This document shows positions 22,161 through 32,697 of a stretch of 64,000 bases of DNA, piece by piece. The stretch lies in NCBI GenBank assembly GCA_965202855.1, contig CBDBBP010000004.1, forward strand, positions 1,225,775 through 1,289,774, given 5' to 3'. Under the pieces are notes generated by a model. That model was not told where the DNA came from, made no database searches, and worked only from the letters and a program-made list of their open reading frames with translations. Within the stretch, counting starts at the first letter, position 1; each line of letters opens with the position of its first letter. This DNA comes from Arenicellales bacterium. GTDB lineage: Bacteria; Pseudomonadota; Gammaproteobacteria; Arenicellales; JAJDZL01. Made by a program: the position numbers and the translations under genes.

Positions 22161-22699
22161 AAAGACAGCGCCTAAATTGAGTAGATCGTTTTCACTTCCT
22201 CCGCACAAAGGCAAACTCCCTTTCAGAGTTTGCCGGTATCTCCCGATAAAGTTCGGTTTAAGAAGCTCAATACAGACAAATAGTCAATTGTCTACTTCAA
22301 TCTATTGTGATCTATTCAATCTGATCCAATTTCAGACATGTGAGAGCCAGCGCTAATCACGCGATTTGAGCGCTCTATTCAATCGGTGTCAAAATGTACC
22401 GTGCTTGGTGTGATTGACGATCAATATAAAGGTTCATATAACCTCTCGAAATTCGGATTTATCACAGCAACTGTCGGCTCACCATCATAGAAACTTTAAA
22501 CGCTGCCGCGGTGTATGGCAAGAAAATCAGGCAGCTGCTCACGCACCCGATTTGCGTATTCAAATCACTCCTTTCAGCAACGTGTCAAGCCGCCATCAAA
22601 TCCCAACATCAACGATGGCTCGGGCAGAGAAAACCTTTTTCAAAACTCACTTTGCGAAGACACGAAAATTTCACCTAGATCTCAAGAGGAGGCCAAGAC

Positions 22700-23476
22700 A
22701 TGAGTGAGATGCTAAGTGGTATTCTCAGCCTGACAGGACTTACCGCTTCCAGTCTCTTGTTCAGTCTCATCGCTGTGTTTGCGGGCGCTTATCTTAAAGG
22801 TTACACAGGCTTTGGTGCGTCAATGCTGTGGGTGATCAGTCTCTCGCTCGTACTTCCACCCCTGCAGGTCGTTCCGATGGTTCTGATGTTCGAGGTAGTC
22901 ACTAGCATCACGCTTCTGCCACAGATCTGGAAGAATGTACGTTGGCAGTCAATCGGACTTTTGCTATTAGGTAGCTGGGCGGCGACACCAATCGGAATTT
23001 ATGCCCTCTCCACTCTGCCCGCGACACCGGTGTACATAGCGCTCAGCATCGTCGTATTCGTTGCTGCTGTCTTGATACTTCGAGGTTTCGCACTTGCGAA
23101 ACAGCCTGGGTCGTTGGCAACATTTGGTGTTGGGCTCATAGCGGGCGTTCTGAACGGAAGCATGGGGATCGTGGGGCCGCCTGTAATTCTGTTCTACTTC
23201 TCCTCGCCGATTGGCTTGGTAGCAGGACGCGCCTCGATCATCACCTATTTCATCGGCACCGATAGTGTTGGAACGATCATGTTTGCGGCTCAGGGTCTGA
23301 TCGACACGACTGTCTACTGGCGTACAGCAGTATTTCTACCGATACTGATTGTCGGTGTCTGGGTCGGCAATCACGGATTTATTAAAACCGATCCAGAGAC
23401 TTTTAAGAAGATTGCGCTCTTCGTACTTATGGCTCTTTCCGTAATTCTCTTCGTACGAACCGTCTTACCAGTGTGA
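22700..23476 (+). CDS. Sulfite exporter TauE/SafE family membrane protein
   Basis: GYTGFG and GIVGPP half-repeat motifs, about 8 TM; aggagg RBS. Confidence 0.88.
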   Translation: MSEMLSGILSLTGLTASSLLFSLIAVFAGAYLKGYTGFGASMLWVISLSLVLPPLQVVPMVLMFEVVTSITLLPQIWKNVRWQSIGLLLLGSWAATPIGIYALSTLPATPVYIALSIVVFVAAVLILRGFALAKQPGSLATFGVGLIAGVLNGSMGIVGPPVILFYFSSPIGLVAGRASIITYFIGTDSVGTIMFAAQGLIDTTVYWRTAVFLPILIVGVWVGNHGFIKTDPETFKKIALFVLMALSVILFVRTVLPV

Positions 23477-24402
23477 TCTGAACAAATTCAGATGAAGAAT
23501 CGGTTTTACTTCTGAGTTCACCGAAAGGAAAAAACCATTCGAATGGAATCAACGAAGAGGCGGTATATATCGCCTCTTCGTTAAGGTTGTGCGTAGCGTC
23601 ATAACTGACGCTATACCGATACATGTGGTGATGGCTGGACAACTTGGCAGTGAAAGTCCGCTGCCAGCCCGACAAGGTGAACGGTTAGGCGAACAGAAAG
23701 AGATTCCGTTTCGAAGCGGAATTTGAAGGAAGCTGAAGACCCGGCAAAATTCTCAAAAGCAAAAACTTTCCAAGAAATCAAAGAAATTGGATTGATTTTT
23801 ACTTGTCCACTCTAATGCACTATTCCCAAAATTATGGCCAGAAGCCCAGATATTCAGAAATTCAAAAGTTTGTGATTGAACTTTTGAAAAACAAAAATTA
23901 GCAACGTTCAAGGGTGGTGCAGGAACAGGCATAGCACTACTTGCGTTTACAGAAGCGATATATTTGGCATGGTCGGGCAAGCGTACCTAGCTAGTTTGTC
24001 CTGATTGCTACCATTTTTCGAGATGTTGCCAATAGTAGTGCAAGGGAATAAATCAAGCGGCCATTTGATCTAGTTGTTCGACTTCACTATTCCGATCAGA
24101 ATTCCCTGAATTTCGCTTGGTTGAAATCACATAATTTCACATCTCTTCAGCATTGCCGGAGTCGAAGCTGGAATTCCGCTGCATATCGTAGCTCGCGGGA
24201 TAGGTTACTCTAACATTCAGAAGATAAAAATCTATACTCAGACTGTTGCGATACAGGAACGAAACATCGCTTCGAGAATGTTTGTCAACACCGACTGCAA
24301 TAAGATTGTCGTAGACGATAGGCTTTTATGTTCCGGATAAACGCGCACAGTCTGTGTTTTGCGGGACAATTTTTCCCTTCTGTCGTAGGGACAGAAGTGG
24401 AA

Positions 24403-24633
24403 TTAAGCCGATTGGATCAAGATGAAGATGATTGAGAATGTGGCTACGATGTTGATGCCTAGCCCCCATTTGAGCCAATTTATGTCGGACTTAAGCTCAT
24501 TGACATCAGAATTGGTTGCCAATTCGCTATGCGACCATTTGACTAACATCGCCACCGCTTCTGCTTGTGCGACATCCATACCTGCTTTTTGCAAATCTTT
24601 TGCTGCGCTTAATGTATCAAATGACACTGCCAT
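24403..24633 (-). CDS. DUF1640/CCDC90-like coiled-coil protein with C-terminal TM
   Basis: FDTL...L..AGM...QAEA, LATNSD..LKSDI..LKW plus hydrophobic tail. Confidence 0.75.
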   Translation of the reverse strand: MAVSFDTLSAAKDLQKAGMDVAQAEAVAMLVKWSHSELATNSDVNELKSDINWLKWGLGINIVATFSIIFILIQSA

Positions 24634-25203
24634 ACTATCGTCCTCTATTTTCCATTGTAGCGACTCTTATGGTTTCAGGTGGTGCAATCAAAAAGTTAAA
24701 TTACGATGTGTCGAAGAATAAAGCATCTGGAAAGTCTTACAGAATCGGTATTTCTTTTATTGAATTATGTTAAATATGACCTGATGAACTCGCGTCCGAG
24801 AAGTGGTTTGAATTCTGGAGATGGGGTGAAAATCGTACCCGCCCTTGATTCAGATCAAATCACATTTCCGCTATAAAATTCAAAATAACATGCCCTTTTA
24901 TTGCTTCGTTTGCAAGAAGAGTTTCAGTGTGGGCACGGTTACTGCAATGGCAAAATCAACCTGCAGTTTATTTGCGTCGGACGTTCACGAGCGAGGCACA
25001 TTCCAATAGAAATTGAAACTGACTATGAATAAGACTTTCAGGGTTTTGAAATCGAGCTGAATTTGGAGTCTGAAATCGACAAGAGTCTAACTATTTCAAC
25101 CGCATTAACCTAAAGAGCAACTTGGACTTACAGCTGAAGCAGGGACGAGTTCTGGGGCATTTCACAATTTCGAGATTCTCTGCAAATAAAAAATTCGTCG
25201 ATT

Positions 25204-26787
25204 GTGTTTATGCGAGCTTTGTTGAATAATTGCCCCAAGGAAAGTACCGCCAACACTCAACTGGGAAAATTGAACGAAAATTTTTTTATAAAGCTGCAGC
25301 AAGTGATGCAGAATCAGCCAGATCAGGTTTTACTTGATTTGGCAGGTCGTTCGCCACTCACTTACGGAGAGGCGAATTACCTGTCCGCAAAACTCGCCAA
25401 TCACCTGCACTTACTAGGATTAGAAGCAGGTGACCGAATTACCGTCCAGTGTGAAAAATCCTCTAAAGTTGTAATTCTCTATCTAGCATGTTTGCGATCA
25501 GGGATTATTTTTCATCCTCTCAATACTGCCTACACCTTGAATGAACTCGATTATTTTCTCGAAGATGCAGAACCGACTTTGGTTGTATGTGAGCCTAGTC
25601 GACGGTCAGCAACGAAAGAATTAGCGCAGAGCGCTGGAATTCAACATGTGCTGACCCTTGAAGATGACGGCGAACACTCGCTCTGGGCCGGCATCGCTCA
25701 ATGCAGCGACATCTTTCATCCAATTTTTAGAAACAAAGATGACCTTGCTCTGCTGATTTATACCTCTGGCACCACAGGAAAGCCGAAAGCAGCAATGATC
25801 ACACACAATAATATTTCATCAAACGCAGCCTGTCTGGTTGACATTTGGCATTGGCGTTCCGATGATGTTTTGCTCCACATTCTCCCGTTGTTTCATGTTC
25901 ATGGCCTTTGTGTAGGATTGCATTGTCCCATGCTCCGAGGTTCCCGCATCAATTTTCATGATAAGTTTTCCGTACGGGAGACCTTGAAGTCGGTCCCGCA
26001 GTCTACTGTCTTGATGGCAGTTCCAACCATTTACACGCGACTGCTGCGAAATTCAGAGCTGACGAAAAATCTTTGTCGGTCCATGCGGCTGTTTATCTCT
26101 GGTTCCGCACCATTGCTTGCTGAAACTTTTGAAGAGTTCGAACAAAAGACCGGTCACCCAATACTGGAAAGATATGGCATGACCGAAGCTCAAATGATCA
26201 CCTCGAATCCAATTAAAGGTGAACGAATTCCTGGAACAGTCGGATTCGCTCTGCCTGATGTCGAGCTGCGAACCACCGAAGAAGATGGAACTCCCCTTGA
26301 AGTTGGGGAAACTGGAATTTTGGAGATTAAAGGAGCCAATGTATTTTCAGGCTATTGGCGCAAACCAGAGGCAACCCAAGAAGTGTTCCGAAAAGATGGG
26401 TACTTCATAACCGGAGACTTCGCTAAGGTTGATGAATGCAACCGAGTAACGATCGTCGGTCGACATAGCGACCTCATTATTTCAGCTGGCTTTAACGTGT
26501 ATCCGAGAGAAGTGGAGATCGCATTAAATGATCTGCCCGGGGTGGTTGATTCAGCAACGTTCGGTGTGCCACATCCTGATTTGGGTGAAGCGGTAGTTGC
26601 AGCTGTAATTCAGACAAATGACGAAATTTCAAAAGAAGACATCTTAGCTGGCCTGCAGAATCATCTTTCGGAATTTAAAATTCCGAAGCAAATCATTTTT
26701 GTTGAGGATTTTCCACGAAATGCAATGGGAAAAATCCAGAAAAACCAGCTACGCCAAGACTACAGAGCGATATTCGTCGGTGAGTAA
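25204..26787 (+). CDS. matB: Malonyl-CoA synthetase MatB-like acyl-CoA ligase (true start may be downstream)
   Basis: YTSGTTGKPK, LPLFHVHG, ERYGMTE, DLIISAGFNVYP, PRNAMGK. Confidence 0.85.
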   Translation: MFMRALLNNCPKESTANTQLGKLNENFFIKLQQVMQNQPDQVLLDLAGRSPLTYGEANYLSAKLANHLHLLGLEAGDRITVQCEKSSKVVILYLACLRSGIIFHPLNTAYTLNELDYFLEDAEPTLVVCEPSRRSATKELAQSAGIQHVLTLEDDGEHSLWAGIAQCSDIFHPIFRNKDDLALLIYTSGTTGKPKAAMITHNNISSNAACLVDIWHWRSDDVLLHILPLFHVHGLCVGLHCPMLRGSRINFHDKFSVRETLKSVPQSTVLMAVPTIYTRLLRNSELTKNLCRSMRLFISGSAPLLAETFEEFEQKTGHPILERYGMTEAQMITSNPIKGERIPGTVGFALPDVELRTTEEDGTPLEVGETGILEIKGANVFSGYWRKPEATQEVFRKDGYFITGDFAKVDECNRVTIVGRHSDLIISAGFNVYPREVEIALNDLPGVVDSATFGVPHPDLGEAVVAAVIQTNDEISKEDILAGLQNHLSEFKIPKQIIFVEDFPRNAMGKIQKNQLRQDYRAIFVGE

Positions 26788-26804
26788 ACAAATAATTAAA
26801 TTAA

Positions 26805-26884
26805 GGGAATTATATCTATTTGACTTCTAAATGATAATCATTATCATTAACCTTTGAAGAGGTTGAACAGGTAATATAATTCCC
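26805..26884. mobile_element. 80-bp MITE-like element with 11-bp terminal inverted repeats
   Basis: gggaattatat (26805) / atataattccc (26874); the same end sequence closes the IS1595 remnant at 51758-51768. Confidence 0.5.
26830..26848. promoter_or_regulatory. Fur-box-like perfect 9-1-9 palindrome
   Basis: aatgataat-c-attatcatt, close to the canonical GATAATGATAATCATTATC consensus. Confidence 0.55.
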
Positions 26885-26889
26885 CAAAA

Positions 26890-27213
26890 TCAAGCGATTT
26901 TCAGACCTGCCAAAAAGGCTGGGGTGTAAACGACAGCATTCCACCAAACAAAAAAGCCATAGCACAATCAAACAGTTTCATCAACCTGTTAGATGTGCGC
27001 TGGTAAAGGACGCCCAAATAGCGTGTGCTGAACATGGCAAGATTGCATTTTCTTGGAGAGTTAAGGAAATGTACAAGGAAATCAGTTTTTGTGGGGATGA
27101 CGTAATGCATTTTTTTATGATGCCCCAACTCTGATTCATATTTGACAAACTTATTTGAATTTACGGCGAACGACATAAAACTGCCAAAAAACATTGCCGA
27201 GTATCTATCATGA
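26890..27213 (+). pseudogene. Frameshifted hypothetical gene, apparent paralog of the downstream ORF
   Basis: Fragments LPK/GWGVNDSIPPNKKAIAQSNSFINLL and AQIACAEHGKIAFSWRVKEMYKEISF parallel the W..IP....IAQ...FL / G....W pattern of 27210-27557. Confidence 0.45.
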
Positions 27214-27557
27214 GTCTGCGATTGGAAAAAATTAAAACTGTTAAAGAGTTGTCCAAAGAGAAAATTCTGCCATGGGCAAAAATCCCAACATACAAAACAA
27301 TCGCACAAACCATTGCCTTTTTGGAAGCAGTTCCAAAATCGGCGAAATTTCCTGAAGTGGCAATTGTCGACAGTGGCGTATTTTTAGTATTGTGGTGGAA
27401 AGGCGATAAACACATCGGCGTTAGATTTTCTGGCGATAAATACATTGAGTGGTGGGCAGACATGCCAAGATTGAAAATTCGAATTGAATGCGAATACGCA
27501 TTATTTCAAGGCAGAACAATCCCTAAAGAAATTTTAGAAATCATTTTAAAATTCTAA
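27210..27557 (+). CDS. Hypothetical protein, AT-rich, phage/mobile-like
   Basis: 115-aa open frame with ATGA overlap to the upstream frame; no recognised family. Confidence 0.65.
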   Translation: MSLRLEKIKTVKELSKEKILPWAKIPTYKTIAQTIAFLEAVPKSAKFPEVAIVDSGVFLVLWWKGDKHIGVRFSGDKYIEWWADMPRLKIRIECEYALFQGRTIPKEILEIILKF

Positions 27558-27565
27558 AAACTAAA

Positions 27566-27641
27566 TCAGTGGTAGTTCAGCTGGCAGAGCAAGTGGCTGT
27601 TAATCACCCGGTCGTAGGTTCGAGCCCTACCGTCCGAGCCA
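27566..27641 (+). tRNA. tRNA-Asn(GTT), degenerate acceptor stem (probable pseudo-tRNA)
   Basis: D arm GTTC/GAGC, loop CTGTTAA, T arm GTAGG-TTCGAGC-CCTAC, 3' GCCA; acceptor TCAGTGG/CGTCCGA pairs only 4 of 7. Confidence 0.75.
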
Positions 27642-27647
27642 ATACAA

Positions 27648-27723
27648 ACCGTAGTGGTTAGAATGGAAAAGCACCAGACTTTGAGTTTGGGGGTTGCAGG
27701 TTCGAGTCCTGCCTACGGTGTCA
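27648..27723 (+). tRNA. tRNA-Gln(TTG), atypical
   Basis: Acceptor ACCGTAG/CTACGGT 7 of 7, anticodon stem CCAGA/TTTGG with loop CTTTGAG, T arm GCAGG-TTCGAGT-CCTGC; ends TCA rather than CCA. Confidence 0.78.
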
Positions 27724-27734
27724 AGAGAATTGAA

Positions 27735-27932
27735 TTTAACAATCAATTTGGACAACTTAAGGCGGTCGATATAACAAATGAACAGGCAGGAATTATTGCT
27801 AATGAGCTAAGTAAAATTGACGGTCGTTTGAACAATGTTCAAGAAGAAATTGGGAAACTTCATTCAAAGTTCGACGACAAACATGAACTGATGATGTACG
27901 AATTGAAAGAAATTAAAGAAGACTATATTTGA
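27735..27932 (+). pseudogene. Coiled-coil (DUF1640-like) gene fragment
   Basis: QLKAVDITNEQAGIIA followed by heptads; no clean start outside the tRNA. Confidence 0.4.
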
Positions 27933-27989
27933 TAATATTTATCATTTATTTTTAAGGGGTTAAACACGTGTATAGACCCCAAGTTTAAT

Positions 27990-28823
27990 TTACTCTGAGT
28001 CGATCAGACGCGCTAAATCATCCATCAGGCCTGAAACCCCACTCAAGGACCATCCACCGTCGACGGGAATGACTGCGCCTGTAATATAGTTCGCCATCGG
28101 CGATGCTAAAAACATCGCGGTTTGACCGATATCCGATGTCGTTCCGAGACGCTGCAAAGGAACCGAGTCGGTGACTTTTTCCAGTAATTCTGGTGTCGGT
28201 GCCAACCGTTTCATGCCTTCTGTTTCCTGAATTGGTCCTGGAACAATGGAATTCACGCGAATCCCTTCGCGCCCCCATTCCATGGCGAGGGTTCGCGTAA
28301 TCATATCTACACCCGCCTTCGCCGCACAAACATGAGATTGCATTAGCATGGGTACAAATGCTTGAGGCGCTGATATGTTGATAACCGAACTGCCCGGGAT
28401 ATTCAGATGAGGATAACTCGCTCGAAGAGCATGATAAGTCCCCATCAGATCGATATTGACAACGGCTGCAAATCCGTTTGGTGACATCTCCATGGCGCGA
28501 GCTGGGAAGTTGCCGGCTGCTCCCGAGACGACTACATCAAATTTACCCAATTCACTGGATATTCCGTCAATCGCTTCAGCCAGTTTTTGATAGTCTCTTA
28601 CATCCGCGCTAAATCCAGCGATCAGCGTACCGAACTCTCGCAGGCGCATAATCGAATAGTCAACTTTTTCTTGTGATCGACTAATCACGCCAACATTTGC
28701 GCCCGCTCTCGCAAAATCGCACGCAACGCCGAAATTGATGCCGCTAGTTCCACCAACAACTAAAACTGTTCTGCCAGAGAAAGTCCGGGCATATTCGTTC
28801 ATATCTGAATTCCGACTTACCAA
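27990..28823 (-). CDS. SDR oxidoreductase (2,4-dienoyl-CoA reductase-like)
   Basis: GGTSGIN, SGAAGNF, HVCAAKAG, VNSIVPGPI, VDGG. Confidence 0.9.
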   Translation of the reverse strand: MVSRNSDMNEYARTFSGRTVLVVGGTSGINFGVACDFARAGANVGVISRSQEKVDYSIMRLREFGTLIAGFSADVRDYQKLAEAIDGISSELGKFDVVVSGAAGNFPARAMEMSPNGFAAVVNIDLMGTYHALRASYPHLNIPGSSVINISAPQAFVPMLMQSHVCAAKAGVDMITRTLAMEWGREGIRVNSIVPGPIQETEGMKRLAPTPELLEKVTDSVPLQRLGTTSDIGQTAMFLASPMANYITGAVIPVDGGWSLSGVSGLMDDLARLIDSE

Positions 28824-28862
28824 TTAAGAAATCAAGTCTCTTGTAGCGCTCGGAAGTTCAGT

Positions 28863-29021
28863 TCACGAGCTGCGCTTTTGAAGATGTGAAAGAACCATAT
28901 AGATGATGGAAATCACAACTCCCCAAAGAGCTACGTTATTGATTGGGTTACCTAAAAATGTGTCAAACGTCGACATAATGATGCAACTGACAATTGCAGC
29001 AATTCCTAATAAATGTTTCAT
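28863..29021 (-). CDS. Small (52 aa) two-TM hypothetical protein
   Basis: MKHLLGIAAIVSCIIMSTFDTFLGNPINNVALWGVVISIIYMVLSHLQKRSS; below the ORF-track cutoff. Confidence 0.4.
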   Translation of the reverse strand: MKHLLGIAAIVSCIIMSTFDTFLGNPINNVALWGVVISIIYMVLSHLQKRSS

Positions 29022-29600
29022 GGCCCGTCCCGTATTCAGAATGAAATTCGAAGAAAAATCTTAACCGAATCAGAAATTGTACCAAACACTACGTTGAAAA
29101 TTGTCAATTACAGCAAAATGGCAAAGCGATACATTGGCTTCAATCTATATTGAATTGGAGAAGAACATGCAGCGGGAGTTTGAGCTGTCAATTCTGCTCG
29201 CACCAGTCGTTATAATTTGAGATTCGAATAGAGGAATGAGAATCGTTGCTCTGCTCGCCTTGAATAACATAACTTTGAAGCAACTAAGAGAACAAAGAGA
29301 AAACAATTTATCGGATTCGAAGCATAGGTAAGGCCAGGCTAATTTATCAGATTAAAGATGCTGTTGCTGGGAGATCGAGGATCATTGGTTGGCGGAATTT
29401 CTTGAAAAAAATGATAGGAAATCCTGTCAACGATCATGATCCTGAGTAAACAAACTGTAAAATTTTGCGCTGATGAGTCGAATCTATAACCACAGACAAT
29501 TTGTCATCAGAGTTTGACCTCGGCTTGCAAGATTAGATCAGTCTATATCTGAATATTAGCAGTTGAACATCCAAGATTACGCATTTACAGACTTTTAGCA

Positions 29601-30599
29601 ATGAATATTCTCGATCTTTCACACGAACAGAGTTCCAAACGACTTGATCATTGGATTAATCATTCTTTGGCTTGGACTAAGGAAAATATCAATCCTGAGT
29701 CTTGCATCATCAGAATCAGCGATGAAGTGGAGGAAGAACTCTTGCATATGGCCGAAGTAATCGCGGCCAATCCGCTTCCTACAGTTCTTCGCACCTTATG
29801 TCAATTCAATATTCCGCAAACTCGTCAATTGATGCGAGAAGTTCGCAAACGTCTGAATGAGCCTCCAAGTGTGGTTGTAGTTGATCGCATGCCCTTGGAA
29901 AAAATTTCAGTAGAACAAGCAATTGACATATTTTGGACCATTGGTCAGGAAATCGGCCAACAAGTCGCACAAAAGTGGGATGGAACAATGATTTACCATG
30001 TGCGCGATACCGGCGCACAATACGAATATGGAGTTCGTGGCTCCTATACGAAAGTAGAACTTCTCTTCCATAACGACAATGCGTTTGGAAAAGTGCTGCC
30101 TCATTATGTCGGGTTAATGTGCATTCGGCCTTCCATGCAGGGAGGACTCAGTCGGTTTTGCAGCCTCTATTCAGTTCACAATCAAATGCTGAGCCGATAT
30201 CCAAACCAATTGAAACGCCTGTACAAACCTGTTTATTGGGATCGTCAAACCGAACATGCAGAGGGTGAGCCGGTAGTCGCTCTTGCTCCCGTATTTCGGT
30301 TTGAGGACAACCGACTGCTGACACGGGCAAATCCAAGTTTGGTGATGAAGGGTTACGATGTTGCAGAAACAAAAATTGACGCGGAAACATTTGATGCGAT
30401 TTCTGCATTGAAAGAAATTTCCGAAGATCCCTCTCTATGGTTTGAACTGCCGATCGAGAGAGGCCATCTGCAATATTTGAACAATATTGATATCGCGCAC
30501 TACAGAAGTGAAATCATTGATCACCCCGACCCTGAAAAAAAGCGGCATTTGGTTCGATCCTGGCATCGCGAACGTGGTCACGCCACTTACGATGGTTAA
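29601..30599 (+). CDS. TauD/TfdA family Fe(II)/2-oxoglutarate dioxygenase
   Basis: HxD in FHND, GGLSRFCS, distal His in NNIDIAHYR, RHLVRSW. Confidence 0.87.
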   Translation: MNILDLSHEQSSKRLDHWINHSLAWTKENINPESCIIRISDEVEEELLHMAEVIAANPLPTVLRTLCQFNIPQTRQLMREVRKRLNEPPSVVVVDRMPLEKISVEQAIDIFWTIGQEIGQQVAQKWDGTMIYHVRDTGAQYEYGVRGSYTKVELLFHNDNAFGKVLPHYVGLMCIRPSMQGGLSRFCSLYSVHNQMLSRYPNQLKRLYKPVYWDRQTEHAEGEPVVALAPVFRFEDNRLLTRANPSLVMKGYDVAETKIDAETFDAISALKEISEDPSLWFELPIERGHLQYLNNIDIAHYRSEIIDHPDPEKKRHLVRSWHRERGHATYDG

Positions 30600-30638
30600 C
30601 CGCGGTTTCCACAAAATTACGACTGAAAAAACAGAAAT

Positions 30639-31376
30639 ATGACAACACTGAGTATCAATCTAAATAAAATTGCCTTGCTTAGAAACGCACGAGGTGCGAA
30701 TTTTCCGAAAGTGATGGATTTTGCGGAACTTTGCATTGAAAATGGGGCGGATGGTGTCACGGTTCATCCAAGACAGGATCAACGACACGCCACTTACCAA
30801 GATGTTCAAGACCTCGCTCAATTCAGAAATCAAAACCCATCAATTGAGTTAAACATCGAAGGATATCCTACCAGTGAGTTCCTCGAAATTGTCAAAGCAG
30901 CCAAACCCGACCAGTGTACTTTGGTACCTGATGCTCCCGATCAGGTGACTTCTGATCATGGATGGGATACAAAAGCTGAAATTCATTTTCTCAGGTCAAT
31001 AATTTCCGAGCTGAAAGAAAACAGTATTCGAACCAGTCTATTCTTGGACCCGGATTTGGATATGGTTCCATCGGCCGCGGAATCCGGAACAGACCGGATT
31101 GAACTTTATACCGAAGAATATGCAGTGACTTATGGAAGTTCAGAAAATGACGACGTATTGGAGCGATATCGAATGACAACCAAATCGGCCCAAGAACACG
31201 GACTCGGCGTCAATGCAGGCCATGATCTGAATCAACGGAACCTAGCGAAATTTTTAACGATTCCCGAGATATTGGAAGTCTCCATCGGGCATGCAGTAAC
31301 CGTCGAAGCCCTGCTCAATGGATATGCGCCAACCATTCGTGCGTACGCTGATATCGTTCGCTCCAGCCGAAACTAG
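30639..31376 (+). CDS. pdxJ: Pyridoxine 5'-phosphate synthase
   Basis: LSINLNKIALLRNARG, TVHPRQDQRH, QCTLVPD, IELYT, NAGHDL, EVSIGH. Confidence 0.96.
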   Translation: MTTLSINLNKIALLRNARGANFPKVMDFAELCIENGADGVTVHPRQDQRHATYQDVQDLAQFRNQNPSIELNIEGYPTSEFLEIVKAAKPDQCTLVPDAPDQVTSDHGWDTKAEIHFLRSIISELKENSIRTSLFLDPDLDMVPSAAESGTDRIELYTEEYAVTYGSSENDDVLERYRMTTKSAQEHGLGVNAGHDLNQRNLAKFLTIPEILEVSIGHAVTVEALLNGYAPTIRAYADIVRSSRN

Positions 31377-31393
31377 TGAGTGTCAACCTCGCG

Positions 31394-32251
31394 TCATCCC
31401 TGAAAAGCAACGACATTCTGGGTTTGTACGCCCAATCCCTCAACACCAAGCTGCATCTGATTCCCAGCTTGTAAAAAAACAGGTGGCCGTAACCCAAAAC
31501 CGACTCCTGAAGGAGTGCCGGTAAGAATCAAGTCACCCGGCATCAGCGTCATGAATTGACTGACGTAGCTAACTAAAACTTTGACCCCGAAGATCATGTC
31601 ATCTGTTGAGCCATCCTGATATCTTTTTCCATCGATATCAAGCCATAAATGCAGCTGCTGCGGATCTGGAATTTCATCTTTTGTTGCAACAAATGGTCCG
31701 AGCGGGCAAAACGTATCTGCGCTCTTTCCCTTTACCCACTGCCCAGTACCTTCCGTTTGAAATGCACGTTCGGACACATCATTGGCAATGCAATACCCTG
31801 CCACATAGTTGAGTGCATCCTCTTCTTCAACGTAATTCGCTCGGCTGCCCATGACAATTGCCAGTTCAACTTCCCAATCCGTTTTTTTGCTGTTTCGCGG
31901 AATCATCACATCATCATTGGGCCCCACAATAGATGTTGTCGCTTTCATGAAAATTATGGGCTCCTCAGGAATTGCCAGTCCTGCTTCTTGGGCATGCAAG
32001 CGATAGTTCAAGCCGATACACACTAATTTTCCAACGTTGGCAACAGGTGAGCCCAATCTCGTTTCACCTGATACAACGGGTAGGCTTTCAACACTTATCG
32101 CAGCCAATTTGTCTAGACTGCTCGGTGACAATGCCTTTCCATCTATGTCGGAAACCACGCCGGACAAATCTCGAATTTGGCCTTCGTTATCCAACAGACC
32201 CGGTTTTTCATCTCCACAACTTCCAAATCGAACCAATTTCATTTGATACAA
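31394..32251 (-). CDS. Fumarylacetoacetate hydrolase family protein (possibly ureidoglycolate lyase)
   Basis: CIGLNY, DWEVEL, NDVSER, WVKGKSADTF, TGTPSGVG. Confidence 0.9.
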   Translation of the reverse strand: MYQMKLVRFGSCGDEKPGLLDNEGQIRDLSGVVSDIDGKALSPSSLDKLAAISVESLPVVSGETRLGSPVANVGKLVCIGLNYRLHAQEAGLAIPEEPIIFMKATTSIVGPNDDVMIPRNSKKTDWEVELAIVMGSRANYVEEEDALNYVAGYCIANDVSERAFQTEGTGQWVKGKSADTFCPLGPFVATKDEIPDPQQLHLWLDIDGKRYQDGSTDDMIFGVKVLVSYVSQFMTLMPGDLILTGTPSGVGFGLRPPVFLQAGNQMQLGVEGLGVQTQNVVAFQG

Positions 32252-32697
32252 ATACTCCCTTACACAATTGATAATAAATCAGAAAATTTTTCTTGGAAGG
32301 ACTCCGAACTCTAGCGCTGAATCAGGAAATTTGGGAATCAAATATAACCGCGATAGTTTTTATGAATGGACTGACCAATCGCCTGTATGCGATATAAAGC
32401 ATAGATCAGCGCACTTCGATCAATGCTGAACCAAGTGTCTGAATATCAAACTTCTTCATTCACTCCCATGAGGAAATCGGACCCCTGCAAAACCATTGAG
32501 TATATCCACTTTAGAATTTAATCAATCGAAGATTCACTGTAAACCGGTATCCTTAGAGATGTTCTTTTTATTGTCTAAAGAGATTTAACTCTTGTCGCGT
32601 GCAATTAGATCGCTCCCAATATATGACTTCTCGCGGCGTCTTGATCGGCAGCGTTCCACATAGAACAAAAATCTTCAAATTTGCATGTAGTGACGTT

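Noticed and set aside
25204-26787. matB as a dedicated extender supplier for the PKS
   Set aside because: 16 kb away with unrelated operons between; no evidence of linkage
27654-27734. N-terminus of the listed 92-aa ORF
   Set aside because: It overlaps the tRNA-Gln cloverleaf, so it is a translation of the tRNA
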